This document shows positions 47,490 through 60,249 of a stretch of DNA of 64,000 nucleotides, piece after piece. This DNA comes from Paecilomyces variotii (Eukaryota). The stretch's first letter is position 1, and each line of letters opens with the position of its first letter. Position numbers and translations under genes: made by a program. The stretch lies in the NCBI GenBank assembly GCA_004022145.1, contig RCNU01000005.1; one strand, given 5' to 3'. The notes under the pieces are model-generated. The model was not told the DNA's origin, did not search any database, and saw only the letters and a list, made by a program, of their open reading frames with translations.

Positions 47490-50400
47490 TCACAGAGCAT
47501 AAGGGTTCACGGACCGGATGGTCAAGCATCTAGAATATTATTGTTAGCATCTTGACCAATATAAGTCTTGTGGAGGCGGTTACATACGGAGGGCTCTTGC
47601 TCAGGTCGGTCTTGAGGATGATCGGGACCCGAGTCATCTCGGTGACGTCCTGGATGTACTCTCCATTCTCCTCTCTCAGCTTGAACAGCTTGAGGTACTT
47701 CTCCTTGTTCGTCAACTTGTTCTCCGGAGCATCAGCCGTGCTTGTGGCAATCTTAGGGTCGGAGCGAGTGCGGTGAGGAGCCTGCTCCAGATGGCCGTTA
47801 CGTGTAGGAGACGGAGGCATGCTCTGGGTAGAGCGATCGGCGGGCGAGTTCAAGGAGACGCCAGCCGCCATCTCGGTAATCTCATCAACATCGTCGTCAT
47901 CATCGAAGAGGGCATCAACGTCGTCAGTGGACATTGTTCCAGTCTCAGTCTGCTTCCGCTGAGCCTCCTCTCTCTCTCTGGCACGTTCCCGGGCAGCCTC
48001 TGCTTCGCGTGCTGCAGCTGCGGCGTGAGCGGCACGAGAGTTGGTCGCCTTGGGGCGCTCGTCTTCAGGGATATAGGCAGAAGACGGGACACCCTTCTCC
48101 CAGTAGAGCTCAAGGACACGCTCATCCTTGCGGAACTCAGCCTTCTTCAATGGCAGCTGATCGCAGTGGACACGCTTCTCGAAACCGTACTCAGGAATCA
48201 GAACGTCAAATGCAGACTCATATACACTCAAAACAACACCTTCACTGATGAGGTCACCGCCGATCTCCTGCTTCTTCTTGTCCATGGCACGGCAGGACTC
48301 GATGTGGACACTCTGTTCTTGCGCGTTGTGGGCCGAGTCTTTCTTGTTGTTGCATTGCTCAGCAGTCTTGGCCAAAGTCTCAACGTCATCAGTGAACTCG
48401 ATTGCACCGTCAGAAAGAACAGCTTCCAGCTGACGATGGACAATGATGTCGGCGTAGCGTCGAGACGGGTTAGTGAAGTGCGTGTACAGGGGCAGGTTGA
48501 GAGAGTAGTGCTGGCGCTCATCCTCGGGCACATTGGCCGCAACATAGTACTTCGCACGTTGCATGGATTTAATAAAGAGTGTTTCCATACCCTGCATTTC
48601 AAGTTAGACTCAAGATGGAACAGTAATCAAATGAGAATTAGCCCTTACCTTACGGAGGTCCGCATCTTCAACCTTGAACAAGCTGGCCTGCAGACTTCCA
48701 CTGCTCGTGGGATCAATGTTGTAGCCGAGTCTGTTCATCCTGTCCACGAAAGTCTGAAGGCGGCGAGGGTTTGGCGAGACGTGGCGGCGAAGGAAAGCCT
48801 TTTCAGGCAGAGCCGCCAGCAGCTTGTGTGCAACGAAAGAGTTCGCCTTGTGGCTGAGCTCTTCGATGAGTTCGTGCGCGGCCGAAGAATCAAAGATATT
48901 GTGCTCCACTGGCACATTCTCATCATCAAGCTGATACACCAGACGAAGTGATGGTGGGTTAACGACGCGGTTACCGAACCTGGCTTCCCGGAACTTCGTT
49001 GCGATGGCCTGACGCCAAAGGTTAGCAGAGGACTACTTTCGAAGGTTTCATAGTGAAAAAAACTTACGTGCAAGCTTCGAATATCTTCGGCGCTGACACC
49101 ATTGACAGGAATGTCCGACTTTCCGGAGATAACGGCATCCACATCGTCGTAGGTCAGCTTTCCTGCGCTCTTGATCACACTCTTGCCGATCCAGGCGTCC
49201 TCTTCGACAATTCCAGTGTTGGGGTTGACGCGGAACACGACACTGACCGTTAGACGCTCTTCTCCTGGTAGAAGGGAACAAAGCTCAGTTGACACTCGCG
49301 GTGGCAGCATGTTCACGACACGGTTCATCAGGTACACGCCGGTTCCCCGCTTCTTGGCCTCCCTGTCAACGAGAGAGTTGGCCTTGACGAAGTGAGCAAT
49401 GTCAGCGACGTGAATACCGACTTCCAGCTTGCCATCTGCGAGCTTCTTGATGTGGATCGCATCATCAAGTTCCTTGGTACCATTGGGATCGATGGTGAAG
49501 GTGGTCTCCTCGCGGAAATCACGGCGAGAAGCAAGTAGGGCGTCTCCTTGACCTGCAACAGACCAATCTTCGAAGCCAACATTCTTCAAGACGGCTTCAG
49601 AGAACTCATCGGCTCCAAAGTTGTTGTCTCTAAGGAGAGCGTCGGTCTCGACCTTCAGATCACCCATCTCTCCAAGCTGCTCAACCAGAGTACCAAAGGG
49701 ATGGAGGGAGGTAATGGGCCATCTCTTGATGCATGCCACAAAGATGCGGTTGGCGTAGTCCTGGTGCTTCTCGACAAAGTCTCGAGGTGCCTGTTCCGTG
49801 GGGATGGCGATCAGGGGCACACGCTTGTCCGTCGGCTTGAACCAGACGATCTTGGGCTTGTCCTGCTGGCGGTCGTTATGGCCTCGGCCGTTACCACCAT
49901 CGCGCGCGGCACGTTCGGCCTCTTGCTTCTCCTTGGTAGCTTGGCTGCTAGGACGGAGCAGACCAAGAGTTCCAGAGAACGTCTGTCCTGCAACACGTTC
50001 AATGACCGCAACAACGTGACCGGCATACAGGGGCTTCTGCTCGTCACTGATTTCGTCCTCCTCCACGAGGAGGAGACTCTGGCCCTCGACCTCGACATCG
50101 TCGTTCTTCTTCTGGGTCGGGCGCTGGCGGAGACTGCCGCGGCGACGGATACTGCCGTCGGGACCCACCTGCTGGCCATCTCCATTCGAATCGGACCGAG
50201 ATAGCTTATCGTTTCCGGCATTGCTGCCAGCGCGGGTGTCCGTGATGTCTTTGCGCTTCTTCTTCTCTTCTTTCTCGCGCTTCTGGCCCCAAACCTCGTC
50301 CACGTCAAGAAGCTCGACGGCCACAAAGTCACCTTCGAGAGCACGGTTTCTGTCCTTGCTTCCGCAAATGAAGATATCCGCATCGAGATCAGTTGTAGTC

Positions 50401-51854
50401 ACATAGGCGTCAGAACGGTTCTTCTTGTTAACGCGCAGGATACCGGCCACAAGCTGACCGTTGCTCAACAGAGCGGGCAAGTTCGCCTGAGGCAGGTAAG
50501 GGGTGAAGAGAGTCTTCCGCTGCTGCTGCTGTTGCTGAGCAGAGAGCTGCTGCGGAGCATGCTGACTAGCCTGCAGACCAAGACCTTGGCCGTTCAGTTG
50601 TCCGTTCTGCTGCATGGCCTGAAGCTGAGCGATCTGCAGAGGGTTGAGTTGCTGACCAGCAAACATTTGAGGCGGAGCCATGACGACCTGGCCCTGAGGC
50701 AGCTGGATGAGCTGTGGCTGGCCCGGGAACTGGAAGGAGCCAATGGAGCCGATGGACTGGTTCATCGATCCTCGAACACGGTGACCGGGTTGGAAGCCAC
50801 CGTTTCCGCCCTGCTGCTGATTGAAGCCACCCGTCTGGTTCTTCTGCTGATCTTGTCCCTGGTTCTGGTTGTTGGGCTGGCGCCAGTTACCATCGAAGTT
50901 GCGAGAGGATGTGCGTGCATGACCAGCTTGGCTGCTTCGTCGTTGAGTATCCGGCTGGCCGCCGGAACCTCCATCGTTTGGTGCTGGGAACTGGAAACCA
51001 CCAGCGCCACGACCGGCGCCGCGTCCACCAACGGCCATCGACTGGCTTCGACCGTGGGATCCTACACGAATGTTACCAGCCCGTTGGATACCCAGGCCCT
51101 GAGACGGCTGGTTCGTACTGGAAGTAGACTTGTCATCCGAACCTGAAGTACCCTCCGTAGTACCGGTACTTCCGCCAGCACCAGGGATGGGAAACTGGAA
51201 GCCGGAGGTAGTTCTCTTCTGTTGAGCCAGCTCCGCAGCCTTCTTGGCTTCTGGAAGAGCAAGGGAATGGCGCCGTTGGTGACCACCGCCAGGCGGGCCA
51301 CCACGGCCGCGGCCATGCATATTCTCACGGTTCTGGTTGCCCTGGTTGAAGTCTCCATATCCCGAAGCACCCGAGGAAGGAGCCGGAGGAGGTCCCATTC
51401 CGAGACCTGGCAGCGCGGACTGATTCCGTCTGTGCGAGGACGGCTGACTGGGAGGATTCATCGGCACTCCCATCTGCTGCTGCTGGCCCATCTGGGGGAA
51501 TTGGAAAGCGTTGACGTGAGGGGCGACCCCTGCTATCGACGCTCCGCCCTGCATGGCGGTAGAGTAGGCCGGAAGCTGACCCAGCGGCTGCTGGGGCTGC
51601 AAGAGGCCCATGTTAACATATTGTTGATGTGTAGCTGCAATCTGCTGCTGTTGCTGCTGAAGCAGCTCAATCTGTTGCTGTATAGCTAGTTGCTCCACTG
51701 GCACATTGTCAGCCTGTAGAACCCCCCCTTTTGGACCAGATCATATAAACATACTCATGAGTGGAGTCAGCTCAGAAGGACTTCTCCTGTGAGCTATATG
51801 GAGGCGACGGCCAGCGGGGCCGGGGACCCCGGATTGGCCCTGCTGCTGTTCCAT
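47490..51854 (-). CDS. SSD1: RNase II/RNB-family RNA-binding protein Ssd1/Gul-1
   Basis: N-terminal RRLHIAHRRSPSELTPL, Q/G-rich region with HxRxxS sites, RKTLFTPYLPQ, GSKDRNRALEGD, RNB motif YTHFTNPSRRYADI. Last exon CLTIRSVNPYAL-stop at 47490. About five exons. Confidence 0.95.
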
Positions 51855-52829
51855 GTTGTCTGATTAAGATAGATCTGTCTTTTCTTTTTTCCTCAACGGA
51901 TATATAGTCTGCGCGATGCAGAACGTCGTCCCATCAAACGAACCGATTGACTAAAGGACCGATCACACCCCGCAACGGTATTCTCCAGCCGGAAACCGAC
52001 CGAGGACTACCCTGCTGTATGGCTTGTGGAACGATGACGATGGCTGATCTAGAGATCCCGCGACGGTCAGCGAACCGGTTACACGAACGACCAGAGCTTC
52101 CGGGCCATCGACACCATTGGGTGGATAACGCTGATGAAGAAAAGCTCCGGATCAAGGGGGAGGGGGGAAAGGGGTGAAAGAAGGCGGATGTTTGTGCTTA
52201 CGATTCAAAAGGATGGACCGAACTCTTTCGAAAGAATCTCGGGATGACGTCTTGAAACAAAAGTAAGGCCGGAACGCAAACGAAGTGAGTAGACGGTCAA
52301 AAAAACGCTGCTGGTTTAGGGATGTTGACGGAAGAACAACAAAGCTCAAGACGCTTGTCGAAGCGGTGGGGAGATCTTGTCGATTCTGTTCGACCGGACT
52401 CGCCTGCCACCACAAGGGGGAGGGTCGAGTTTGGCGGAAAGAGGGGATGAAGCTTGATCGATGGGAAGGACCGAGTAAGCGGATGGAGCCGTCGCGACAG
52501 GACGGAGCAGCAACCGCAAAACCACGAGCTTCAGTCAAAGTGGAGAGACCTTATTTTGGAGCGGATGAGATTCACAATTGCACAGAGAATGCAGGTCTCC
52601 GCTGACAGGAAGAGGAATCCTTATTTTTGTCTGGCAAAAGGCACCGTGAAAGGGAGCTGTCGTGCTGACAGTTGAGTGGCCTTTTTTTCCCTTGACGGGG
52701 GCAGCTCGCTGGGGGGGATGAACGAGGAAGCGGGAGCTAGCTAATAAGGGGTGGCGGGAAAGTGGTGGGTTGCGTTGTCCCGGCAGAGAGAACGACAAAG
52801 AAAAGAGGATCAGCTGGTGAAGGAACGAT

Positions 52830-53015
52830 GGAGAGAAGAGGAAGAGGGAAAAGAGGCGGGAGGGAGAGAGGGAGAGGGAGAGAGAGAGGAGAGAAGAGAG
52901 AGAGAGAAAAGATGTGGATGGGATGGGGATGGGATAGATGGAGATGATGCAGACAGAGAGAAGCAGAGAGAGCCAGAGAGAGAGAGAGAGACAAGATGTG
53001 GGGAGAGCGAGAGAG
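52830..53015. repeat. Polypurine (GA)n tract, i.e. a CT-rich element on the SSD1 strand
   Basis: About 185 nt of near-pure A/G, about 1 kb upstream of the SSD1 ATG. CT boxes are common near filamentous fungal transcription starts. Confidence 0.75.
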
Positions 53016-54614
53016 GCCCGGCCAGGTAGCAGTTTAGCAATAATACGTCGAGGAGACGAAAGGCCGGCCGACGGTGGGACAAAAACACCGCCAGATCTAA
53101 TCTATGTTTTTTCTGCGGATTCACTACTGAATATGAGCACTGCTACAACCTCAATTATATTCGTATTATTATCTTATCTGACTCTTCCATTATTTACTTA
53201 TTTCTATATATGCAAAGAACCATCACCACAACAACAAAATAATTATAAGAAAAAAAAAGACAAAAGAAAAAAACACAACTCTCCTATTCCCTCGCCCATG
53301 AGCTGTTTTGGCGGGCAGTCTAACGCCGTCTAAAGGCGTTAGGCGCAGCGTTCGTGGTGCGACGGAGCGGGCGGACGTCGCGGGCTCAGGCCAACTCTCT
53401 CTCCGGGGGCGACTTGACCCGCCTAGAGCGCCCGGCAGTGCCTCCTGTAGGCCAACGGTTCGTTCGATGATCGCTCTCGTGGCCTTTGCTTCTCGCCCAT
53501 TGTTGAGTGCAGGATTCAGGAGAAAAAAGAGAGACTCCTCTGTTCTGCTCTGCTCTGCTCTGCTCAGATCGTCCGTCACAGACCCTCGAAACACTCTCCG
53601 CGTCGACACACTCCGCCAAGAGCCATCGTGAAACTGTCAAGGCAAAAGCGTGACAGCCGTACTCGGTGCGAGAGACACACAACAGACGCCGTGACGCTCC
53701 ATGATGCAAGCCCCAGAGGACACCAAAAGAGACTAGAGGCGAGTTACCAAGCTGGATGCGAGACCGCAGAACTGGCACCATCGGCGATCGGCGTCCGCGA
53801 TCACGGCTTAGCTTCCTCCAGCGTGGAGCACGCCTCCCAAGCTTGGGTCGCGCCAAAGATCTTCCAACCCGGTCTGGATGAGCTCCCAATTGAGCTGTTA
53901 TCGTGTCCTGTCATTGCTGTCTGTTCGAGGATATTGAGTCGCAAGGTGGTACGTGCTCCAATCCCTGTCTCTGTCATTATTCTCCCTTGCCCTGGCTACG
54001 AGTCACGCCCCAATGCGTGGCTCCGTCCGGGGAAAAGCTGTGGTTTGGCAATGGATCAAAGTGCTAATTGATGTTTCTCCTCATCACAGGGAGGATACCA
54101 CCGCCAGTTTCCCTCGACGAGCCAGTGTCAAACCGTCAAGAGCGCGTTAGGCTCATTCTCTCTCTCTCTTTTTTTTTTTCCAGACGTTTTCTACGGCCCC
54201 AGCGGGCCGACGAGACTTTCCGCTCCGCAAGGGACTCGACCGAGTCGCTCACTATATTGAGTCTAGGCTAGAGAAGGAATTGAGCCGCTTGCTCCATCGT
54301 TTGTCTTGTTTGGATGGAGTCACTGCTCTGATTGTCATTGACGGGGCCTTTTGTGTAACTGTTGGAACAATCAAAGGATACACTCTCTATTGTCATTCAC
54401 TGCACGATAGCGACTATTCAGCATAAACCGTGTTGTGCCCATCAAGCAGCTCTATTCAGCACTTGGTCTATCAAGTGCTCATGGGCCCTTCCTGCTAACT
54501 ATCCCTACCACTTCCACGTCTCTCCTACAGCATTTGGAGCCTAAGCACACGCTCCTCTCACGCGATCAGCCATCTTGAGTTGCTCGAGCGGCAGACACGC
54601 TCACAAGATTCAAG

Positions 54615-56258
54615 ATGGCCGGGCACAAAGTCGACTCCTACTCATCTCCGTCCCGGATGCCGGACAGTCCCTCCAGACAGCTCATGTTCGAGCTGGTCAG
54701 GGACCTCGAGCAGATCCGGCTCACCAGCATCGAGATGAAGAAAGTCAAGGCCTACGAGCGGAAGTCTTTTTACGAGAGTCTCGATCTCATCGATCAGGAA
54801 CGCAAGAAGAAGGACGATGCAGCTCTCGACGCGGTAGCCGCTTTTCACGACCAGGTGCGGCACGAGGCCGAAGATACACTGCAGGACTACTTCAGACAGG
54901 TCGAGGAAGAACGGCTGCGGCAAGAAGAGGAGACGCGCAAGGAAAAAGAACGCATTGAACGAGAGAAGGCGGAGAAACTTCGTCGCGAACAGGAAGAAGC
55001 TGCTCGCCTAGAGGCAGAGAGACGAGCGCGGGAGGAGGAAGAGAGGCGGAAGGCCGAAGAAGCCGAAAAGGCGAGAAAAGCAGCCGAGGAAGAGAAACAA
55101 CGCAAAGAACGTGAACGGCTAGAAGAAGAGAAGCGAAAGCAGGATGCGCAACGGCGCGAAGCCGAGGAGGAGGCTGCCCGCCAGCGGGCTGAAGCTGGAC
55201 AACAGAGCCAACTCGAACGGCTGAAGAAGCTGGGTGCTTCGCGTCAAAGCGAAGAGGAGGTCAATGTCCACATGCGGTATCTGGAATTGCATCAGCATCT
55301 TAAGAAGTTCCGCAAGTGGCTCCGAGATGAGGCAAAGAACAATCCCGTCGTCAAGCAGAACATGGGAGACATGCGCCGCACAATTAAAAAGTGCGTGGGC
55401 CAGCTGCGAGAGGGCAAAGGCGCCAATCGTACACAGGTATGTATTGAATATCCGTTGCTCCCAGATGATTATTGACTGGCTCTTCAGATTCAAGAAATTC
55501 GAACCGTATTCGAAAAGGCAGCCGCCATATCAGAACCCTCTGTCGATGTTCGCCAGTTTTTCGCATTCCCACCAGAGCACATTGCCAAGGCGGAAGACAG
55601 CAAGGTGCCGGCGCTACTCATCTATATGTTCAACATTCTCTCCAAAGCTCTGATCTCATCCCTCATCAACGAGGCAGGCATCAGCCCCAAATATGCCGAA
55701 CCCATCGGCATCGTGGCCGCTCAGATCTTTTCCACAGAGGCCTTTGTTTACAAGGGATGTGCACTGGTCGATATCCTCTGGGCCAAGTACCGCGTGGTCT
55801 GCCCGGCATTGTGGGCATTCTACGGCGACGAGAAAACAGTCGCTGGAAAGGTTGCGATCGGATGGTGGCGCCAGGAGGCTGGGGGCCCTTTCGTCGACGA
55901 GCAGACACATGTAGACCGCATGACCGGCCTGGGTGCTGGCTTTGCGGCTCTGACATTGCGAAATTTCGGAAAGACGCCTCGCAAGAACCCTTTCCCCAAC
56001 ACTATATTCTGGCATATCATGCACAAAATACTCACCATTCCGCCAGAGGAGATCCAAGAGACACATCTGATTCTCCTGACCGCGATGCTGCGGTCTTCAG
56101 CGGATAGGATCGTCGGATTCTTCGGTCACGTGGGTCTTGCCCTCCTAAGGACCGCCATCGTCGACCTTCCCAGCAAAGTCCCCAAGCAGTCGATGGCACT
56201 CAATGGACTCAAGTTACTACGGGAACTCTACCTGCGAGAGAGGCACATCCTCATCTAA
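54615..56258 (+). CDS. GLE1: mRNA export factor Gle1
   Basis: Intron 55437-55487. Long E/R/K coiled coil followed by a GLE1-type domain (IKKCVGQL, AEPIGIVAAQIFS, RMTGLGAGFAAL, NPFPNTIFW). Confidence 0.88.
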
Positions 56259-56676
56259 GATCCCAAAAGTTGTGGAGTCACAGCAAACACTTCCACCTCA
56301 ATTTTTTTTCTTTCTTGTTTTCTCACCATGTATGTGCATATATCCAAGGAGTTGGAGAACAGTGTGATGATCAGGACGGGAAGAAGGGAAATAAAAATCG
56401 CCCCGTTATCCAGGAAAATCGAAACGATATGATTAGGTATTGTTATGTTACGTTATGTCATGTCTTCAGGGATGGGCGGTTATTCGTTGAGCGCTAGCGA
56501 AACGATATATTAGAAATACTCTGTGCATATTTTCTCGATGATCGCGAGGTCCAAAACGGAGCCAGTCGAGTGTACTACGGAGTCTTGGAAAGAATAAAAA
56601 AGTTCTTTTAAGAAACGATAACCAGAACGTCCTTTTGAGAGATAGACTGCCCTCGTAGGTTTGTTCAGACTACGAG

Positions 56677-56702
56677 TTTTTTTTTTTTTTTTTTTTTTTT
56701 TT
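56677..56702 (+). repeat. Poly(T)26 tract
   Basis: 26 consecutive T at the start of an AT-rich intergenic stretch. Confidence 0.9.
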
Positions 56703-59700
56703 CTTCATTATTCTTTCTTCTTGGTGTATAGTAAACATAAGACATATAGTTCTTCAAAGTAAGAGAATAAGGTACGACTTTCTATTATTATTATCCCCCC
56801 CTTTTCTTTAAGTTATTATACACGTAAACCTCAACTCGATATTTCAGACCATGTATAGTGCGACCCAGTCGCTCGAGATACTAACAGATAATCGCTAAGG
56901 AGAACGAACTTTTCTTTTCACAATTATGCTTAACTTATACACTAGTCTAGTCGACCTGGAGTGTGAACTCTCCATAAAGGAAGAAAAGGGGGATATCAAG
57001 AATAGAAAATTATAATAGAATGCGACCGTTATAATAATCGATATAATATAATATAACTAGTTAGTTGTAAGGACAGGGGTCTGAAAAGAAACGAACAGAT
57101 AAATGCGCATCGGAACCGCATCTTTGCTAAATATAACTTACTATAGATAAGTTACAATCTCTTAGGTAGGTAGTTGTCATGCATGGCGAATTGTGTACCG
57201 TAAGGGTCGTACTTGTACATACGTACTCGCTCATACTCGGAATACTACTTGTTCGAACTATATACTCAGTATAGTCTAGCTAGTATGTTTATCTTTGGTA
57301 TTTTGATTTCTTGGTAAATAGAAATATCATCCATAGAGAACGATCCATCTCTGTTCCTTAACTTCCAAAGGATGGTCGTCTTCTGGCCGGTTGAGTTTCC
57401 TCCCGATTTCACCCGATTAGAATTAGAGTTTAGTCTACGCCGAATATACTCCGCTGTCATGGGCGGCAACTCGGAACAAACGGCGCGGAGGACTCGCAAG
57501 GGGGCGCTACTTATCTACCATTCTATCTAACCTTTTGGATCCCTGCGTCCATGCTTGCTTTCTTGCGCTGTCTCCCATAACTAGGGGCAGGGGCATATTA
57601 TTATTATTAACTACCAATACATACTCTAGAAACGTGCGGTACCGCATAAGTATGGGATTCCATGCAGATGTTTCTCTTTGTTACTTACTTACTATGCTAG
57701 TCGATGCTTCTTTCTTCTTTCTTCGAGGTGTCATAATTGATGTGCAGATGATTCAGGTCCGTAGACTGACCTACCTACCTTGATATCTAGGTATCGATAC
57801 TACTACTGGCAGCAGCTATCTACTTATAACTTGGTATGCTGCTCCACGAGACAATGTTGAATGTGCTGAGTGAGTGGGTCGCTGATTTTAGTCGGCATGG
57901 CTGTCACTGTACCATATGGTAGAAACGGCCACAAGTTAGCTTAGCTTTACGGGTAACAGATCGGATCGGGTTCGGCCACTTTCAAGTCGTAAGTTCTATG
58001 CATTTCGGTCGGGCATCGTGGGTTGTGTCACGGTTGAATTCAAGTAGGTAGGTACCGTAAATGATCGGAGGTCACCGATGATGTCTTGCGAAAGTTGATG
58101 AAGCCTCAAAGGGCATTGATATTTTTTTCCCCTTGTGTAACTAATAACACTCAGGCTGTCAGTTGTCAGTCAGGCCACAGGCCACTCTGGGAGCCAGCGT
58201 ATCAAATTGGTGTCTGACAGAATCGATCCAGTCGATATAGACGACCACCAACATTGCGAGGCTGGGGTGATTGTATCGTTCAGGTTGTGGTGAAGAAAGT
58301 AATAATAGATAGGCGAAGGGAGACGTGCCCGAGTGCTTGCTACATGTACGGAGCAACATGCATCTATCCATTCCATGCCAGCATCGGTGGGCGACCGTGC
58401 CATTTGTACTCAGTCTGACGGTCTGACCCGTCTGTCACCTCGACAAAGCATCATTAGACACTCGACCAATTATCTTTCAGGCAATTCGAGTAACTATCAC
58501 CCTGTAGGGCGCGAAATAGGACCATAACAAGTATGTATGTACGTAGCCATCGCTAGTCATCGTACGGATTATTTCTACCAACCTCCCTTATTATTGCTGA
58601 GCAGTGGGCCGGACACAAACCACTGAAAAGTATGGTAAAATGGTAAAGTAAAGATAGACGTGGTTTATTATTATTGTTACGGAGTAGTTATCTAGGACAG
58701 GAATAACTAAATAACCACCTAATCTATCGGGTCGACTCGTTCTCCGAGTTGATTCCGTGACACCCGCCCGAGTTCCGATCTCGACTCACTAGGTACTTAC
58801 GGGCCGAACACGACTACATGCCTAACGAGGGAGACATGCCGATCTCAAGTGCTGATCAGGCGAGAGAACAACATTATTATTATCCCTCGTGGCCAGTGAA
58901 TAATTAGATTAATATTAAAACATCTGTTCACCAACAATTCGACAATGTGGACGCTTCTGAGTTTGCAACCCTCGTTTCAAGCTTATGCCGCGATCTCCAT
59001 GCATTAGTTATGGCCATTATCCACGACAGCTCGGCACCCAGCGTCAAACCAGCGGTCTGGTTCAAGGACGTTGCCAAAAGTGCCGTTCGGTCCGTGAAAC
59101 CGACATGGTTGAAAAAAAAAAGTTTATTCACGATTCAGGATGGATACGTTTGAATTCACTTTGTGAAAAAAGAGTCCGCTTCTGAGTCAGCTTCCATTGA
59201 GAGCTTACATCGGTATAGCCAATGTCATGAAAGGAAGCGCTGTATACAGTCATCAACTCGGATCAATCAAATCCCCCGATTCTACCATCCAGATCAGTAA
59301 TTGTCCGACTAGTAGTACGGAGTAGCAGTAGTAGTAATGATAATAATATCCAAGCTTCCTTGACGTGGAAATCTTGTTTCAGGCTACTTCCTTTTCCGGC
59401 GAAGACTCCCTCTTTTCGCCGGTCTGGATGTATCTTAAAAGTTCTAAACGGCTGGGTCCCCATGCAAATCTCTTAGATCCCGGTGGCGACTAGTTTGACT
59501 TGAACGTAGGGCCAGAAGCCACGGGGAATAATCCTGGTGTCGCGCGACACCCAGCCAAAAAATTACTTTACCACCCAATCGAGAGCAAATCAGTAACTTA
59601 AGTTAACTTACTTCTCTTTGTCATACTTTAGGGCGTAAATTAGAGGCTGTAGTTAGTGATATGGCAGCTCAAACCATGACAACCAAGCTGCATGGATGGG

Positions 59701-60249
59701 GAGAAAGTCATGGATGCAGCTAACTAGCAGATGCTCAGCAAAGAACACGGCTGGCCCAGCGCATACCTAGTATCGCAACGCAACACAATTCGGTTCTGAG
59801 GTGTAATAATAATAATAGTTCAATTAACTTTCCGGCATTTTAGAGCGATGGAGCCATGAATTAGTCCCGACACTGGGTCCCGAACATGCCACTGCGACAT
59901 GGAACCATCAGCGGCTTGTTGTTCCCCTGAATTCGCTGCTCGGGAAAGGACGGGCTGATTTTGATAACGGCCACCCTGATGGTATGCCTCTCACCAATAT
60001 ATGACGTGGAGAGCGCCACTCGTGGTGCGGTCAATTTCAATTCTCCAATTTTTGTCTCTTTACTATACTACAGTATATTAGCGATTGTGCAGTCGATTGT
60101 TGCAGATTACATTTGCTGTCTAGATTGTACTGTCACCTTATCTCTTGATCTTCTACTATATAATCCTACATAATACTCTTTGCCTCACTGATACACAGAC
60201 ACTTAATTACTTTTCCCTTCAACTGAAGAGGAAGAGACTACACATTAAC

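Noticed and set aside
47773..51689. Long plus-strand ORFs (up to 392 aa) opposite SSD1, and similar antisense ORFs over CCH1, HSP78, GLE1 and SAS10
   Set aside because: Shadow frames caused by codon bias of the real gene, with no independent protein features.
52830..53015. CNYTCNYT Ssd1-binding motifs upstream of SSD1, suggesting autoregulation
   Set aside because: The matches fall inside a low-complexity CT tract where the motif arises trivially, and the transcription start is unknown.
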